From NCBI RefSeq assembly GCF_009914755.1, contig NC_060937.1: a stretch of 64,000 bases of DNA; one strand, written 5' to 3'. This document shows, piece by piece, positions 41,263-55,844 of this stretch (its first letter is position 1; every line of letters begins with the position of its first letter). Source of the DNA: the human T2T-CHM13v2.0 reference genome, Homo sapiens. Under the pieces are notes generated by a model, which was not told the DNA's origin, searched no databases, and saw only the letters and a list, made by a program, of their open reading frames with translations. Made by a program: the position numbers and the translations under genes.

Positions 41263-42311
41263 ATGTCCAAGTGTAGTTTATCCCATGTTTGACATTTGAA
41301 AAAGTAATCAGTATAATTCACGGATAATTTTATTTTGTTATTTTTTTTTGTGCCCTCCCATTCTCAGAGGGAAAGATAAGGTTACAGGTAAGTTTTACAC
41401 AATGTCTTTTTATCAGATTAAGGAAGCTCCCTTATATTTCTAGAAATCATAAGTGAGTTTAGCAAGTAAACTACATCCAAAATCAATGTAAAATAGTCAT
41501 GCTTATATTCTAGCAACAAGCAATTAGAAATTAAAATTTTAATACCATTTAGATAGTGTCAAAATATAAAATCACTTAAGAGGAAGTGACAACATATGTA
41601 CAAGACCTTTACAATCAAAACCAGGAAACACTGCTAAGATAAATTAAAGATGAACCAAATAATGGAGAGTTATACCGTATTCATAAATTAGAAAACCAAT
41701 TACTATAAAAATGCTAAGTCTTCCTAAATTGATGTAGAGATTAAAGATAACACCAAGCAAACACCTCAGGAGGTTTTTTTTTTTTTTTTTTTTTTTTTTT
41801 GTCGTTTTGCTTGTCTTTTTTGTTCGGTAGAAATTGATAAATTAATTCTAAAACTCAATGAAAATGTGAAAGTCATAGCATAAATTAAAGAAAAAAACTT
41901 TAAGAAAACCCAATACATTTATGTAATTACCTACATATTTTATAAATTATTTTTAAATAAGAGTAATAAAGACAAAATGGCATCTGTGTTAAATGAATAG
42001 ATAATTGAAATAAAATGAAGAGTACAAAAATGACCTACATATATAAAAACAACTAACTTTTCAATAAACAATTGGGGAACAACTAGATATGCTTATGCAA
42101 AATTTAAGCTTAAATACATGCTTCACACTGTATAAAAATGGACACAAAATGGATCATAGACTTAAATGTAAAGTGTAAAATTTAATTTTCTATAAGATAG
42201 GAAAAAAACCTTTGTGACTCAAATTATACAAAGATTTCTTAGATACTGCAGTGAAAGGATGATGCTGAAAAAAATGAATTGATAAAATGAACTTCTTCAT
42301 CAAAGATGGTA

Positions 42312-42816
42312 CAGTAGATCCTTGAACAATACAGGTTTGAACTGCATGGGACCACTTACACAGGGATTCTTTTCAATAAGAGTTACATTGAGTATTCCTG
42401 TGTCTCCTGATTCCCCATCTATCTCCTCTACTTCTTTCTTCTCTGCCACTCCTGATATAGCAAGACCAACACTCTTCCTCCTCCTCTGCCTACTCAATGT
42501 GAAGACAATGAGGATGAACACCTTTATGATGCTCCACTTCCACTTATTGAATAGTAAGTATATTTTATCTTTCTTATGGTTTTCTTAAGAACATTATTTT
42601 CTCTATCTTTATTGTATTAATAATAAAATAAGTAAATTTACAGTATATATTCATGTAACATAAAAATATGTGTATATTGACTGTTGATGCTATTGGTAAG
42701 GCTTCTGGTCAACATAGGCTATTAATAGTTAAGTTTGATCAATCAAAAGTAATAAGTGAATTTTTGACTGTGCAGGGGTCAGCGCTGCAACCCCTGCATT
42801 GTTCTAGGTTCAGCTG
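42312..42816 (+). mobile_element. Tigger2-family non-autonomous element
   Basis: TIRs cagtagatccttgaacaa / ttgttctaggttcagctg flanked by TA. Confidence 0.85.
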
Positions 42817-42945
42817 TATACAGATGGCAAATAAGCACAGGAAATAGAATTTAACATCACTAGTGGTTATGACTATACTAATAAAATCTACAACAAAATT
42901 CCAATACACAACTATTAGAATGGCTACAATTAAAAATACTACACA

Positions 42946-43286
<341 letters not shown>

Positions 43287-44596
43287 TCAGGATTCTCATA
43301 AACTGCTGACGGGAATTTAAAATAACACAATCAGTTGAAAAGCAGTTTTGCAAATGCTTAAAAAGTTTACATACGACTGTATGATCCAATCATTCCATAG
43401 TCCATATATCCATACAAAGATTTGTGCATTAAGGTTTACAACAAGTTTCTTTGTAATAGCTCCAAACTGGAAATAAATACAATGTCTACCAATAGGTACA
43501 GGTATGAACAGACTGTTACATCTATACAATGGGATACTACTCTGCAATACAAAAGAATATACATACACACTGCAGTATGGATGAATCTAAATAAATAATG
43601 CTGAGGGAAATAAGCTAAACAAACAAAAGATTTGATATATTATTCCATTTATATAAAATTATACAAAATGCCAACTAATCTATAGTGACAAAAAGTAGAT
43701 AAGTGGGTTCCTTAAGGTGGGTTTAGAAGAATTCTAAGGAGAATTGGAAAGAATTACAACGGAGGTAATAAGAAATTTTGCTAATTATACCTCAATAAAA
43801 TTTATTTTCAGAGTAGTCTCATTGGCAGTGCCAAAAAATTCCAGTCAAATTAGAGTTGTACAGGAATCAAAAAGAGATTTATCTTAAGGCAGAAGAATGT
43901 GAAGAATTGAGCAAATAGAAATGGAGATTATGCGAACTCAGTTGTGAAGCTAGAGATGAACAATACTTCAAAAGAAGATCTTTAACCATGCTATATCCTT
44001 CAGAAACCAGTTTTGTATATATATATATGCTTTTCAGGACATGATTTTTGTGAGTTTTGGTTTTGTTCTCTTTCTTTGTTTCATGTTTCGTTATTTATAT
44101 GCCTTAATTAAAGAACCTGGCTAGCCTCAGCTTGTTCTATTGCTATTGAGTCACAGTTTCACACCTAGCATTCTAACCAGGCTCTTTTGAGAAACTAGTT
44201 GGAAATGAGTCAGAATAGTTATGCCAAAGTGGTACATAAATGTTAACATAAGCCTTTGATCTTCCTAAGATCTCACACTGGAAAAAGAAGGTTGCTTTTC
44301 TCCTTCTAACACAGTCTTTTAGAACTCATTTTTCTTTAAATCTTTCTTTACATTTATTTTAAGTCTTTGTTATCGAAATACAAACAAAATGTGAAAAGGA
44401 TTGACCATAAGTAATCATCCAGAAAAATAGGACCATACTTTCAGCTAGGACACAATTATGGGTCTCTCTATGAATCTCCAAAACATATGTGCATTTCTTA
44501 GGATGTTTTCTTCATTTTATTATGAAAGATTAATTATCCCCATTGTGTTTTGTCACTCTAGGCAAATGTCCTACTGAAACTTGTTACTGTTTTGAC

Positions 44597-44599
<3 letters not shown>

Positions 44600-44642
<43 letters not shown>
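44600..44642. repeat. (TA)n microsatellite
   Basis: Pure TA run. Confidence 0.97.
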
Positions 44643-44646
<4 letters not shown>

Positions 44647-45102
44647 TTTTAAACACATTACAACTACTAGGTTTCACCCTATGGTTCAGTATTGCGTTTG
44701 ATAGAAATTCATGTTATTTCAGGTGATGATAAATATATATGCTACACTTACTACAATGAGAAATTTAGCAACTCTGACACATTGGAAAGTTATTGTGGAG
44801 ACCCAAGAATATTAGTAATTGAAAATTAGATTTGCTACTGAAAAATGGGGAAAATTTTACATTAATTAACAATGAATCAATTTATAATTATATTTTTGTT
44901 ATTATATAGCAATATGAAACAATAGCTGTGGTCATTGATATTGTAAAACCATTAGAATGGAGTGACTATTGAAAACAATATTTTTTTCTGTTTCTTTTGC
45001 AAAAAAAGATGCAAAAAATGAGCTAAAGTCTTAACTAACCTATAATAATAAAGCTCATAGAAAAGATAAATTTTGCTCAATGTCATTGTAATTGTTAGAG
45101 TA

Positions 45103-45142
<40 letters not shown>

Positions 45143-48100
45143 GTAAGACCATTTAACACGAGAACTACCCTTCTAAAAAAATTTTAAGGGCACATTACTG
45201 CATGGATAACTATAGGCACTATGTTACACATGTGGTCTCTAGAACTTACTTATCTTGCGTGGCTGGAACTTCAAACTTTATATTCATTGAACAACTCATT
45301 TTCTTTTCCCTCAGTCCCTGACAACTGCCATTCTAAGCTTTCCTTCTGTGAGCTTCCACTGTGTTAGAGGCCTCATATAAGTGGAATCATGCCGTATTTG
45401 TATTTGTCCTTTCGTGTAGTTTATTTCACTCAGCTAATGTCCTCAAGTTTCATTCGTGTTGTCACATATTGTAGGATTTCATTTTTTTAAGGCTGAATAA
45501 TGTTTCATTGTATGTATACATCACATTTTTAAAAATCCACTTCTCTTTCAGAGGACTTTTAGGTTGTTTTCTCATCTTGATTATTGTAAATAATGCTTCA
45601 ATAAATATGACAGTGCTAATATCTCTTTGAGATCCTGATTTCAAATTGTTTGAGGTAAACATTCAGAAATTTACTTGCTAGATAATAGCATAGTCATATT
45701 TTTAGTTTTTTGAAGAACCTTCATATTGTTTTCCATAGTGACCGCACCATCTTTCATTCCCAACACAATGAACAAGGGTTTTAAGTTCTCTACAGGTGTG
45801 CCAATACTTATTTTTTGTATTCTTGATGATAGCCATTCTAACAGGTATGTAGTGATATCTCATTGTAATTTTGATTTGCATTTCCATGAAGCAGGTGCTG
45901 TCGAGTATCTTTTTATATAACTGTGGAGTTTTTGTATTTTTGTTGGAGAAATGTCTACTCAAGCACTTAGCCCATTCGTAAAATTGGGTTATCAGTATTT
46001 TTGCTGTTGAGTTATAGGAGTTCTTTAAATAATTTTGGACTTCAACACCTCATTAGATATATGGCTTGCAAATATTTTCCACCATTTAGCAGGGTGTCTT
46101 TCCACTCTAGTGATGGTTTACTTTGCTGAGGAGAAGCTTTTAAATTTAATTTAGTTTCTCTTGTTCTGTATTTGTTTTTGTTGCTTGTAGTTTTGGTGTC
46201 ATATTCATGAAATCATTGCAAAGGTCAATATAGTGAAAATTTTCTACTATATTTTCTCATAAAAGTTTTACAATTTCAGGTCCAACGTTTAAGTCTTTAA
46301 TCTGTTTTTGGTTGATTTTTGTATATCGTGTAACAAAAAAGTCTGATTGCATTTTTTTTTTTGCATGTGTGTGGATATCCAGTTTTCCCTGCATCATTTT
46401 TAATAACAGACTATACTTTCCCCGTTGTGTATTCTTGGCACCCTTGTCAAAGATAAGTGGCTGTATATGCATGGACTTATTTATGGGCTCTCTGTTCTGT
46501 TTCATTGGTCTATATGTTTGTATGCCAGCATCATACTATTAGTTACTATATCCTTTGAATATATTTTGACATCAGAAAGTGTGATGCCTTCAGCTTTGTT
46601 CTTTATCAAAATTATTTGGCTATTTGAGATCTTTTGTGGTTTTATAAAAATTTTAGAATTTTCTATTTCTATAAAAATGACATTGAAATTTTGACAGAGA
46701 TTGCATTGAACCTGTAGATTGCTTTGGGTAGTATGGACATTTTCACAATATCACAACTTCTAGTACATGAACATGGAATGTTTTCCCATTTTTTAAAATG
46801 TCTTCTTTCATTTCTTTCACCTTTTTTTAATAGTTTTAAATGTATCAGTCTTTCACTTTCTTTGTTTATTCTATTTTTTTTTTTTACTTTGATGCTATTG
46901 TAAAAGGAGTATTTTCCTAATTTCCTTTTCAGATAGATACTTGTATATAGAAACACCACTAATTTTGGGATGTTGATTTTGTATCCTAAAACCCTACCAA
47001 GATTATTCATTAGTTCTCACGGATTTTTGGTAGTCTTTAGGATTTTCTGTATATAGAACCTGCAAACAGGAATAATTTTTAAGTGACAAGAGCATCCTTC
47101 TGTCGATCTTGATCTTAGTAGAAACGCATTCAGTTTTTTAACACTGAACATGGTGTTAGCTCTGGGCTTGTCATATATGGCCTAATATTCAGTAATTTAC
47201 TTTTATTCCTAGTTTGTTGAGAGTTGTTATCATAAAATGGTGTTGAATTTTATCAAATGGTTTTTCTGGATCTATTTGGGTAAGTGTGTGATTTTAGTCT
47301 TCATTTTGCTTTGTGATATAACAAATTAATTGATTTTCATATGTCTGCTCAACCTTACATCCTATGGATAAATCCCATGTGGTCATGGTGTATGATCCTT
47401 TCAATGTGCTGCTAAATTTGATTTGCTAGTGTTTTGTTGAGGATATTTGGATTTATGTTCATCTGGGATATTGGCCTAAAGATTTCTTATAGTGTTTTGT
47501 TTGGCTTTTATATCAGTGTAATGCTGGCCTCATTAAATGGTTTTAGTTTTGTTCTCTCCTCTTCAAATTTCAGAAGAGTTTGAGAAAAAGTGGCATTAAT
47601 TATTCTTTAAATGTTTGATAGAATTTGCTAGTTAAGCTGTCTGGTCCTGAACTTTTCTTTGTTAGAAGGTTTTTGATTACTGATTTAACTTGCTTACTTA
47701 TTGGTCTGTTCAGATTTTCTGTATTTTAGTGACTCAGTTTTGGTGGGTTGTATGTTTCTAGGAAGTTTTCCATTTTTTCTAGGTTATTGAGTTTCTTTGA
47801 GTATAATCATTCATATGTATTTGTTGTTATCCTTTGTATTACTGTGGCAACAGTCATATTATCGCCTCTTTAATTTCTGAATTTATTTTTTGAGATTTAT
47901 CATCTTTTTTTAGTCTAGTTAAAGGTTTGTCAATTTTGTTTATCTTTTTGAAAAACCAACTCTTAGTTTTGTTGGTTTTCTTTTTTGTATTGCTTTCTCT
48001 ATTCTCTAATTCATTCATTTCTGCTTTATTCTTTATTATTTCTTCTTTATGATAAATTGAGTTTTATTTGTTTTTCCTTTTCCAGTTCCTTGAGATATAA

Positions 48101-48437
48101 AGTTAAGTTGTTTGAGATCTTTCCTCTTTTTTAATGTAGGTGTTTATTGCTGTAAGCTTCCCTCTTAGTGATACTTTTGTCGCATCCCATAAGTTAAGAA
48201 TGATGTGTTTGCATTTTTGTTTGTTGCAAGTTTTTTTCTAATTTCTCTTTAGATTTTTCCTTTGATCTGTTGGTTGTTTAAAAGTGTTGCTTTTTATATT
48301 TGTAAATTTTTCAGTTTCCTTCTTTTATTAATTTCCAGTTTCATTTTATTGTGACCAGAAAAGATACTTCTTATGATTTAAATTTCCCTAAGTTTGTTAG
48401 GACTTGTTTTGTAATGTAACGTGATCTATCCCAAGAA

Positions 48438-49518
48438 TTTTTTATTTTTTATTTATTTATTTTTTTTTGGAGACAAAGTCTCCCTTTGTTGCCAGGGTGT
48501 GATGGCTGTAATACCGAAGCAGGGCAGAGAAGTGCTGGGTAGAGAAGGGCGGGGTCTCTGGCGAAGGCTCCACCCTGGGCTTGTGCCCACGGACCTAAGT
48601 GAAAAACAAGTACTAATGTTTTCAAGCCCAAATGTTTCATTTTCCAAGACCACTCTGGCCCGCCACGCCCCCCATCCTGTGTCTATATAAACCTGAGACC
48701 TTAGCGGGCATAGACACAAGCGGCTGAACATCCAGAGGAGTAGAGGAACAGAGATGCAGAGAGCAGCAGGGCCGCATGGCACAAAAGGAGGGAAGAGGCC
48801 TCTGAACTTCAGCTGAGAACAGCCGGACTCCAGGGGAAGATCACCTTCCACTCCGTTCCCGCCTTCCAGCACCCCATCCATCTTGCTGAGAGCAACCTCT
48901 ACCACTCAATAAAGCCTTGCACCCATCCTACAAGCCCACATGTAATCCTGTTTTCCTGGCACCCTGGGCAAGACCTCGGGGTACAGAAAGCTGTCACACT
49001 GGCCCTCTGCCCTTGCTATAACGCAGAGGGTCTGTTGAGCTGATTAATACAAGCCATTTGCAGACAGCAAAGCGAAAAGGACACATTGTAACACACGCCC
49101 ACTAGGACTTCAGGAGTCACAGACACTCACCCGTAGATGCTGCCCAGGGGCCTGCGCCTGCCGTGTCTATGCTCCCCCTAGTGCTTTGAGCAGCAGGGAG
49201 ACCAAGGGAGTAAGCCACACCCCTGTCGCACCTCCTATGAGGGGGATATGGGAACTTTCCTTTTTCAGCTGGAGGGCAGTGGCACCATCTCGGCTTACTG
49301 CAGCCTACACCTCCCAGGTTAAGCGATTCTCGTGCCTCAGCCTCCGGAGTAGCTGGGATTACAGGAGCGGACCACCAACCCGCTAATTTTTGTATTTTTT
49401 TAGAGACAGGGTTCCGCCATGTTAGCCAGGCTGGTCTCCAACTCCTGACCTCAAGTGATCCTCCAACCTCGGCCTCCCAGAATGCTGGGATTACAGGAGT
49501 GAGCCACCATGCCCAGCC
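48438..49518 (-). mobile_element. AluS split by an LTR
   Basis: T-tail+ggagacaaagtctc..ccagg, resumes gctggagggcagtgg at 49268. Confidence 0.9.
48509..49267 (+). mobile_element. LTR1-family (ERV1) solo LTR
   Basis: taataccgaagcagggcagagaagtgctggg...tttttca; TSD gctg; tataaa ~48685; aataaa ~48909. Confidence 0.8.
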
Positions 49519-52500
49519 CTGAATAATGTTCTTTTTGCACTAGAGAAACGTGCATTCTGCTCTTGCTGGGTAGAATGTTCTGTATATGTCTGTTAGGTCC
49601 ATTTGGTCTGCGGTGTAGTTAAAAGCTGCATTTCTTTGTTGACTTTCTGCCTAGTTGTTCTATTCTTATTGAAAATGGGTAGTGAAGTCTCTTAGTATCA
49701 TTGTATTGTTGTTCAATTCTTCCCTTCAGTACTGTCACTGCTTTATGTTTAGGTGCTTTGATATTGGTTGCATATACGTTTACAACTGTTAACATCTTTC
49801 TCAAGGAGTGACCCTTTTATTATATAATGTCGCCTAATTTTTTTTTTTTTACTTAAACTATATTTTGTCTGATATAAGTATAGCCACTACTATTATCTCT
49901 TGGTTACAGTTAGCAAGAATTATCCGTTCTCACCTCATCACTTTCAGCCTGTGTGATTTTTAGATCTAAAGTAAATCTGTTACAGAGAGGAGAAAGTTGG
50001 ATATTCCTTTTTTTCCTTCCATTAAGCTACTCTATGTCTTTTGATGGAAGGAGTTTAATATATCTATGTTGAAGGTAATTATTTAAAGGGAAGGATTTAT
50101 TATTGCTTTTTTGTTTTCTGTTTATCTCATAGTTCTTTTGTTCCTCTTGTCCTCTCTTGCTGTCTTCCCTTGTGATTGTTTTTTGTTTACATATTTTTGT
50201 ATTCCTTTCACCTTATCTTTTGGGTAACATTTACACAGGTATTTTCATGAGGCTACCATGTAGCTAATGTAAAACACATTATAGCAGTCTATTTTAAACT
50301 GAAATGGCTTGACTTAGTCATATACAAATACTATACACTTTAACTTCTTCCTCCCCATACATAATTTGTTATTCATGTGACAATTTAAGCTCTTTATATT
50401 GCTTATCTGTTAACATATTTTCATTTATACTTAGTTGTAATAATTTTTCCTTGTAACTTTTATACTAGAATTAAAAAATAATATGTACTTCATTGTGACG
50501 GTAATGGAGTATTCTGTATGTCAATATATTTACCTTTACCAGCAAGCTTTATATGTTTTTATGCGCTTCTGTTGCTGATTAGCATCTTTTCTTTTCAAGA
50601 TGAGAATTCCCCTTTAATATTTCTTTTAATGAAGGTCTAGTAGTGATGAACTTGCTCAATTTTTGGGGATAGGGGCTGGGAAAGTCTTTGTTTTCTTTAA
50701 TTTTTGAAGGATATTTTTTACTAGTTATAGAATTCCTCATTGACAATTTTTTTTTTCTTTCAGCAATTTGACGTACGACATTCTAATCCCTTCTGGACTG
50801 CAAGGTTTCTGCAGAAAAATTTCATGATGGTATTATCAAGGTTCCCTTATACATCACAAGTCACTTTTCTCATGCTGCTTTAAAAATTCTCTCTTTGTTT
50901 TTCACAATTTGATTACAATGTGTCTTGGTGTGTGAACCTAAGGTGTAAATTTCCTTGGGTTTATTTTACTTGGAATCCTTTAGGATTCTTAAGGCTGAAT
51001 GTCCATCTCCTACACAGATTTACAAAGTTTTCAGCTGTTATTTCTTTTAGTAAGCTTTCTGGTGCTTATCTCTCTTCTCCTGCTGGTATTTCCATATGCA
51101 TATATTGGTCTGCTTGAGAGTGTCCCATAACTCTTTTAAGCTATTTTTATTCTTTTTCATTCTTCTCTGTTTTTGCTCTTCTGACTGTACAATATCATAT
51201 GACCTATCTTTAAGTTCACTTAGTCTTTTATTTCTGCTTGCTGTAGTTTGCTGTTAAATCCTCTATTGAATTTTTTTAGTTGAGTATTGTATTCTTTAGC
51301 TCTAAGATTTCTGTTGGTTTCTTTTTACATTTGGTTTCTTTTTACATTTTCTATTTCTTTGAAAGAATTCTTACTTTATTTGTGCATTATTTTCCTGAGC
51401 TGGTTGAGCATTTTTATGATGGTTATTTTGAATTATCTGTCAGATACTTAATATACATCCATTTCATAAGAATCAATTTCTGGAGATTTATCTTGTCCCT
51501 TTGGATCTTATTTCTCTCATTCTTCATGTTTTCCTCTTTGTGTTGGTACCTACATTTAAAACAAACAAACAAACAAACAAACAAAAAACCTGCCACGTCT
51601 CCCAGTATTTGTGTATTGGCCTATTATAGGCCAAGACCTTCACCAATCTTCCTGACCGCTCAAATCTTTGTGGTAGTTTGAACCATTGTCTTTATTGCTA
51701 GCAGCCCTCAAGCATCTAAAGTATGCCAGATCCTGTTAGCATGGCAAGACAGGTGGGGCAGAAGTTAATTCCTTAAGGAGCTACCAGCAAAGTTGGAACA
51801 CTGTATGGTTTGACTCTTTTCCTCTCCAGAGAGAAACTGGTAACTGGAGTTATTTGCACACTAGTTCTGTGTTTAGCCAAGGGGTAGAGCTATACTGAGT
51901 GCCTACTCACTATTTCAAGACAACATTTTGTTCTCCATAGCCATCAGCAGATACCATATGCCAAATACTGTTAGCTCTCTGGGACCAGCAAGATTGAAGA
52001 CAGTCTCTCAGGTAACATGCCGAAAATTTGGGATACCAAATGTGCATTCCAACCCCTTTGCTTCTCAAGAAGAAGCTGGGAGCAGGGCTTCCATCTTGAT
52101 CATATGGATTTGTGCTGGGTATGGGTATTATGGCAAGAGGTATCTCCACTGCTTCTACCAGTTGTGAAGTGGCTGGTTTCTCACTTGCCTAGGGTACAGG
52201 AGTCTCCAAGCTTGTTTCTAACTTTCTCATAAAAATAATTGATTAATGTACTGCTGTTGAGTCAGTGTGTCTGTCAGGGAAGAAGAGTTCAGAGCTTCCT
52301 ATCCTGACATCTTGCTGAAATCACTTCTAGAGTATATATTTTTAATCATGTCTGAACATCTGGTAAAAACAAATATCCACAAACATTATTATTACTTCAT
52401 TTTTTCCAAGAGAGTATATGTTTATTATCTAACAAATCATAACTTAGTCAAAAACATAACTTGTAAAATTGTTTTTGTCTACACTGTTTACATTAAGTGC

Positions 52501-52807
52501 TTCCATATTTACTAATAATATATAGTTACCTGCTTTTTCTTATTTTTTTCTCCTGCCTAAATAATAAATGCAGATAAAATGATCCATTTAGAATAGCAAC
52601 AACTAAACAGAAAAATTGATAAATTTTATGAATAGAATAATTTATTTACAAAAGCACAGATGACAGTGACTAATACATATATGGAAAAAAGACTTTAGTA
52701 ATTAAAGAAATGCAATTCAGCTCATTGAAATTTTCAACATTTAATATTCACAAAATGATATTCAAATAAGCAAAAAAGCAGATAAATGAATCATCTCAAC
52801 ATTGCTA

Positions 52808-53535
<728 letters not shown>

Positions 53536-53839
53536 AGAAACTCTGATGCAAAACAGCAAATGAGCAAAAATGGTTATCAATGAGAAAGTTTAGGACTTTT
53601 TAGTTTCTAACCATTTTCTCCCAAGTGAAACTATTACTTTTATAATAAAATATAGCAAACAGTTATTTTTCTTCCAGGAATTTCAACAATAAATGTAGTG
53701 TTACACTTTGTATTTCTTGCTATAAGTCTAAGCATCACTGAGCAAAGCCAGAGTTTAATAATATTATGCTTTTTATCCAAAACTGTTTTTTCCTATTACC
53801 ACTGGCATTAATGTTGGAAGGGCAGGTAATATCCATTCT

Positions 53840-54061
53840 TAACATTTTAATAGCCTTTATTCCACATGATTATAATCTACAATATCTCTTGTTCAAGCAA
53901 TAGTTTTTAAAAGCATTAGTTACTGATGGTTACTAAATCTAAGCCATATTTAACATTTTAATAGCCTTTATTCCACATGATTATCATCTACAATATCTCT
54001 TGTTCAAGCAATAGTTTTTAAAAGCATTAGTTACTGATGGTTACTAAATCTAAGCCATATT
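53840..54061. repeat. 111-bp tandem duplication
   Basis: taacattttaatagcc...aagccatatt x2, one mismatch seen. Confidence 0.95.
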
Positions 54062-54493
54062 TATGCCATTAAAAATTGTGCAAGATGCATAGTATATTAA
54101 TCAATTTTATGTTCACTTTATTGTGATAATTTGTTGTATAAGAGAAAGCCTGTTTTAAATTTTTAATGTTGTTAATATATTTGGATTCAATGGTTTCATT
54201 TCTAAGTATTTATTTCAAAGACATAGTCAAATATATGCACAGAAAGTTTATTATAGTTTTTAATTAGTATATTTAAAATATTTTTGTGAGCAAATTTTTC
54301 TTATGTTGACATGGGGAAAATATAAATAAATAAATCTTTAAGAGGATACTGGTTAAAGTTATGTGTTATGCAATAATATATACTACCGTAGAGTCAATAA
54401 ACTTCATTTTATATGAGAATATCTTTGACATAATAAATGTTTGCAACATATTAAAAAGTAAACATTGTTTCAAAATACAGAAATAATTCACAC

Positions 54494-54530
54494 ATTGCTT
54501 CTCAGGCGTTTGGCCAAAATCAGGCACAGC
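54494..54530 (+). pseudogene. Probable 3'-truncated U2 snRNA retrocopy
   Basis: attgcttctcaggcgtttggccaaaatcag vs U2 5' end ATCGCTTCTCGGCCTTTTGGCTAAGATCAA (23/30, ungapped). Confidence 0.55.
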
Positions 54531-54767
54531 AATAACATACTTTTATAACACAAATTTATTTGCATATTTGTTGCTTTTTATATCAAAAGATATTTAGAGA
54601 CAGATATATAAAAAGCATGAGATAATATATATCAAAATGCCAGGAAAACGGTAATTTTAAATTAACTAATAAGTATGGAAAATATTATTTTCTTGTGTTT
54701 TTCTGACTTTTTCAAATGTTTTACATTACATATATATTATTTTAGCTATTAGAAATATATAGATAGA

Positions 54768-55075
54768 GGCCAGGTATGGTGGCTCAGGCCTGTAATCCCA
54801 GCAATTTGGGAGGCCGAGGCAGGTGGATCACCTAAGGTCAGGAGTTTGAAACCAGCCTAGCCAAACTGGTGAAACCCTGTCTCTACTATAAATACAAAAA
54901 TTAGCCGGGCTTGGTGGTGCACACTTGTAATCCTAGCTAGTCGGGAGGCTGAGACAGGAGAATTGCTTGAACCCAGGAGGGGGACGTTTCAGTGAGTGGA
55001 GATTGTGCCACTACATTCCAGCCTGGGCAACAGAGTGAGACTCAGTCTCAAAAAAAGAAAAAAAAAAGAGAGAAA
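54768..55075 (+). mobile_element. AluS
   Basis: TSD agaaatatatagatag / agaaacatatagatag. Confidence 0.95.
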
Positions 55076-55100
55076 AGAAACATATAGATAGTGTATACAC

Positions 55101-55307
55101 TTTTTTTTTTTTGAGACGGAATCTCGCTGTCGCCCAGGCTGGAGTGCAGTGGGACTACAGGCGCCCGCCACCTCGCCTGGCTAATTTTTTGTATTTTTAG
55201 TAGAGACGGGGTTTCACCATGTTAGCCAGGATGGTCTCGATCTCCTGACCTCGTGATCTGCCCGCCTCGGCCTCCCAAAGTGCTGGGATTACAGGCATGA
55301 GCCACTG
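55101..55307 (-). mobile_element. AluY-like with internal deletion
   Basis: gagtgcagt joined to gggactacagg; TSD agatagtgtatacact. Confidence 0.92.
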
Positions 55308-55844
55308 AGATAGTGTATACACTTTTAACAATTAAAAAATATTTTATATATAAATACATATTTATATATACAATTTGGCAATGTACCCCATCAAAAAAGT
55401 TAAAAAGCAAACACTCCATTCAGGATTAAGCCATTATATAATTTTAGTTTAAATCTTCTAACTCATTTCTTTCCTTATTTTTTGTTATTTTTATTGAAAT
55501 TTTAACATTTTGGTTTTTCTTTTTTGTTGACAACCTAACCTCTCCTCATATTAATGAAGATCTTTCATCAATTAGGTTTTTCTAGCCTCAGATATTCTTT
55601 GTAGGTTTCTACTTTTCTTGCTTTTCTTTCCACTCTTTGAAAATAATTCACACTCATTCTTTAGGTTACTGTTTAAATATCTGCTCCTCAGGGTAACTTA
55701 TGACAGATCTTCAAAATAAATCAGAATCATGCATTATAGTTCCCTTAACTTTCTTATATAGCATTCATAATATTTAATGTTTGTGTCTATTCATGCAGTC
55801 ATTTTATTTCTATATGGCTACTACTAGACACTTTATTTTATATT

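Larger units (their letters stand above)
45106..52327 (-). mobile_element. End-to-end ancient L1M (L1MA8/9-like 3' end), degenerate
   Basis: (ATT)n tail ~45104-45142; 5' end gaagtgatttcagcaagatgtcaggataggaag; TSD tagagtatat at 45096-45105 and 52328-52337. Confidence 0.85.
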
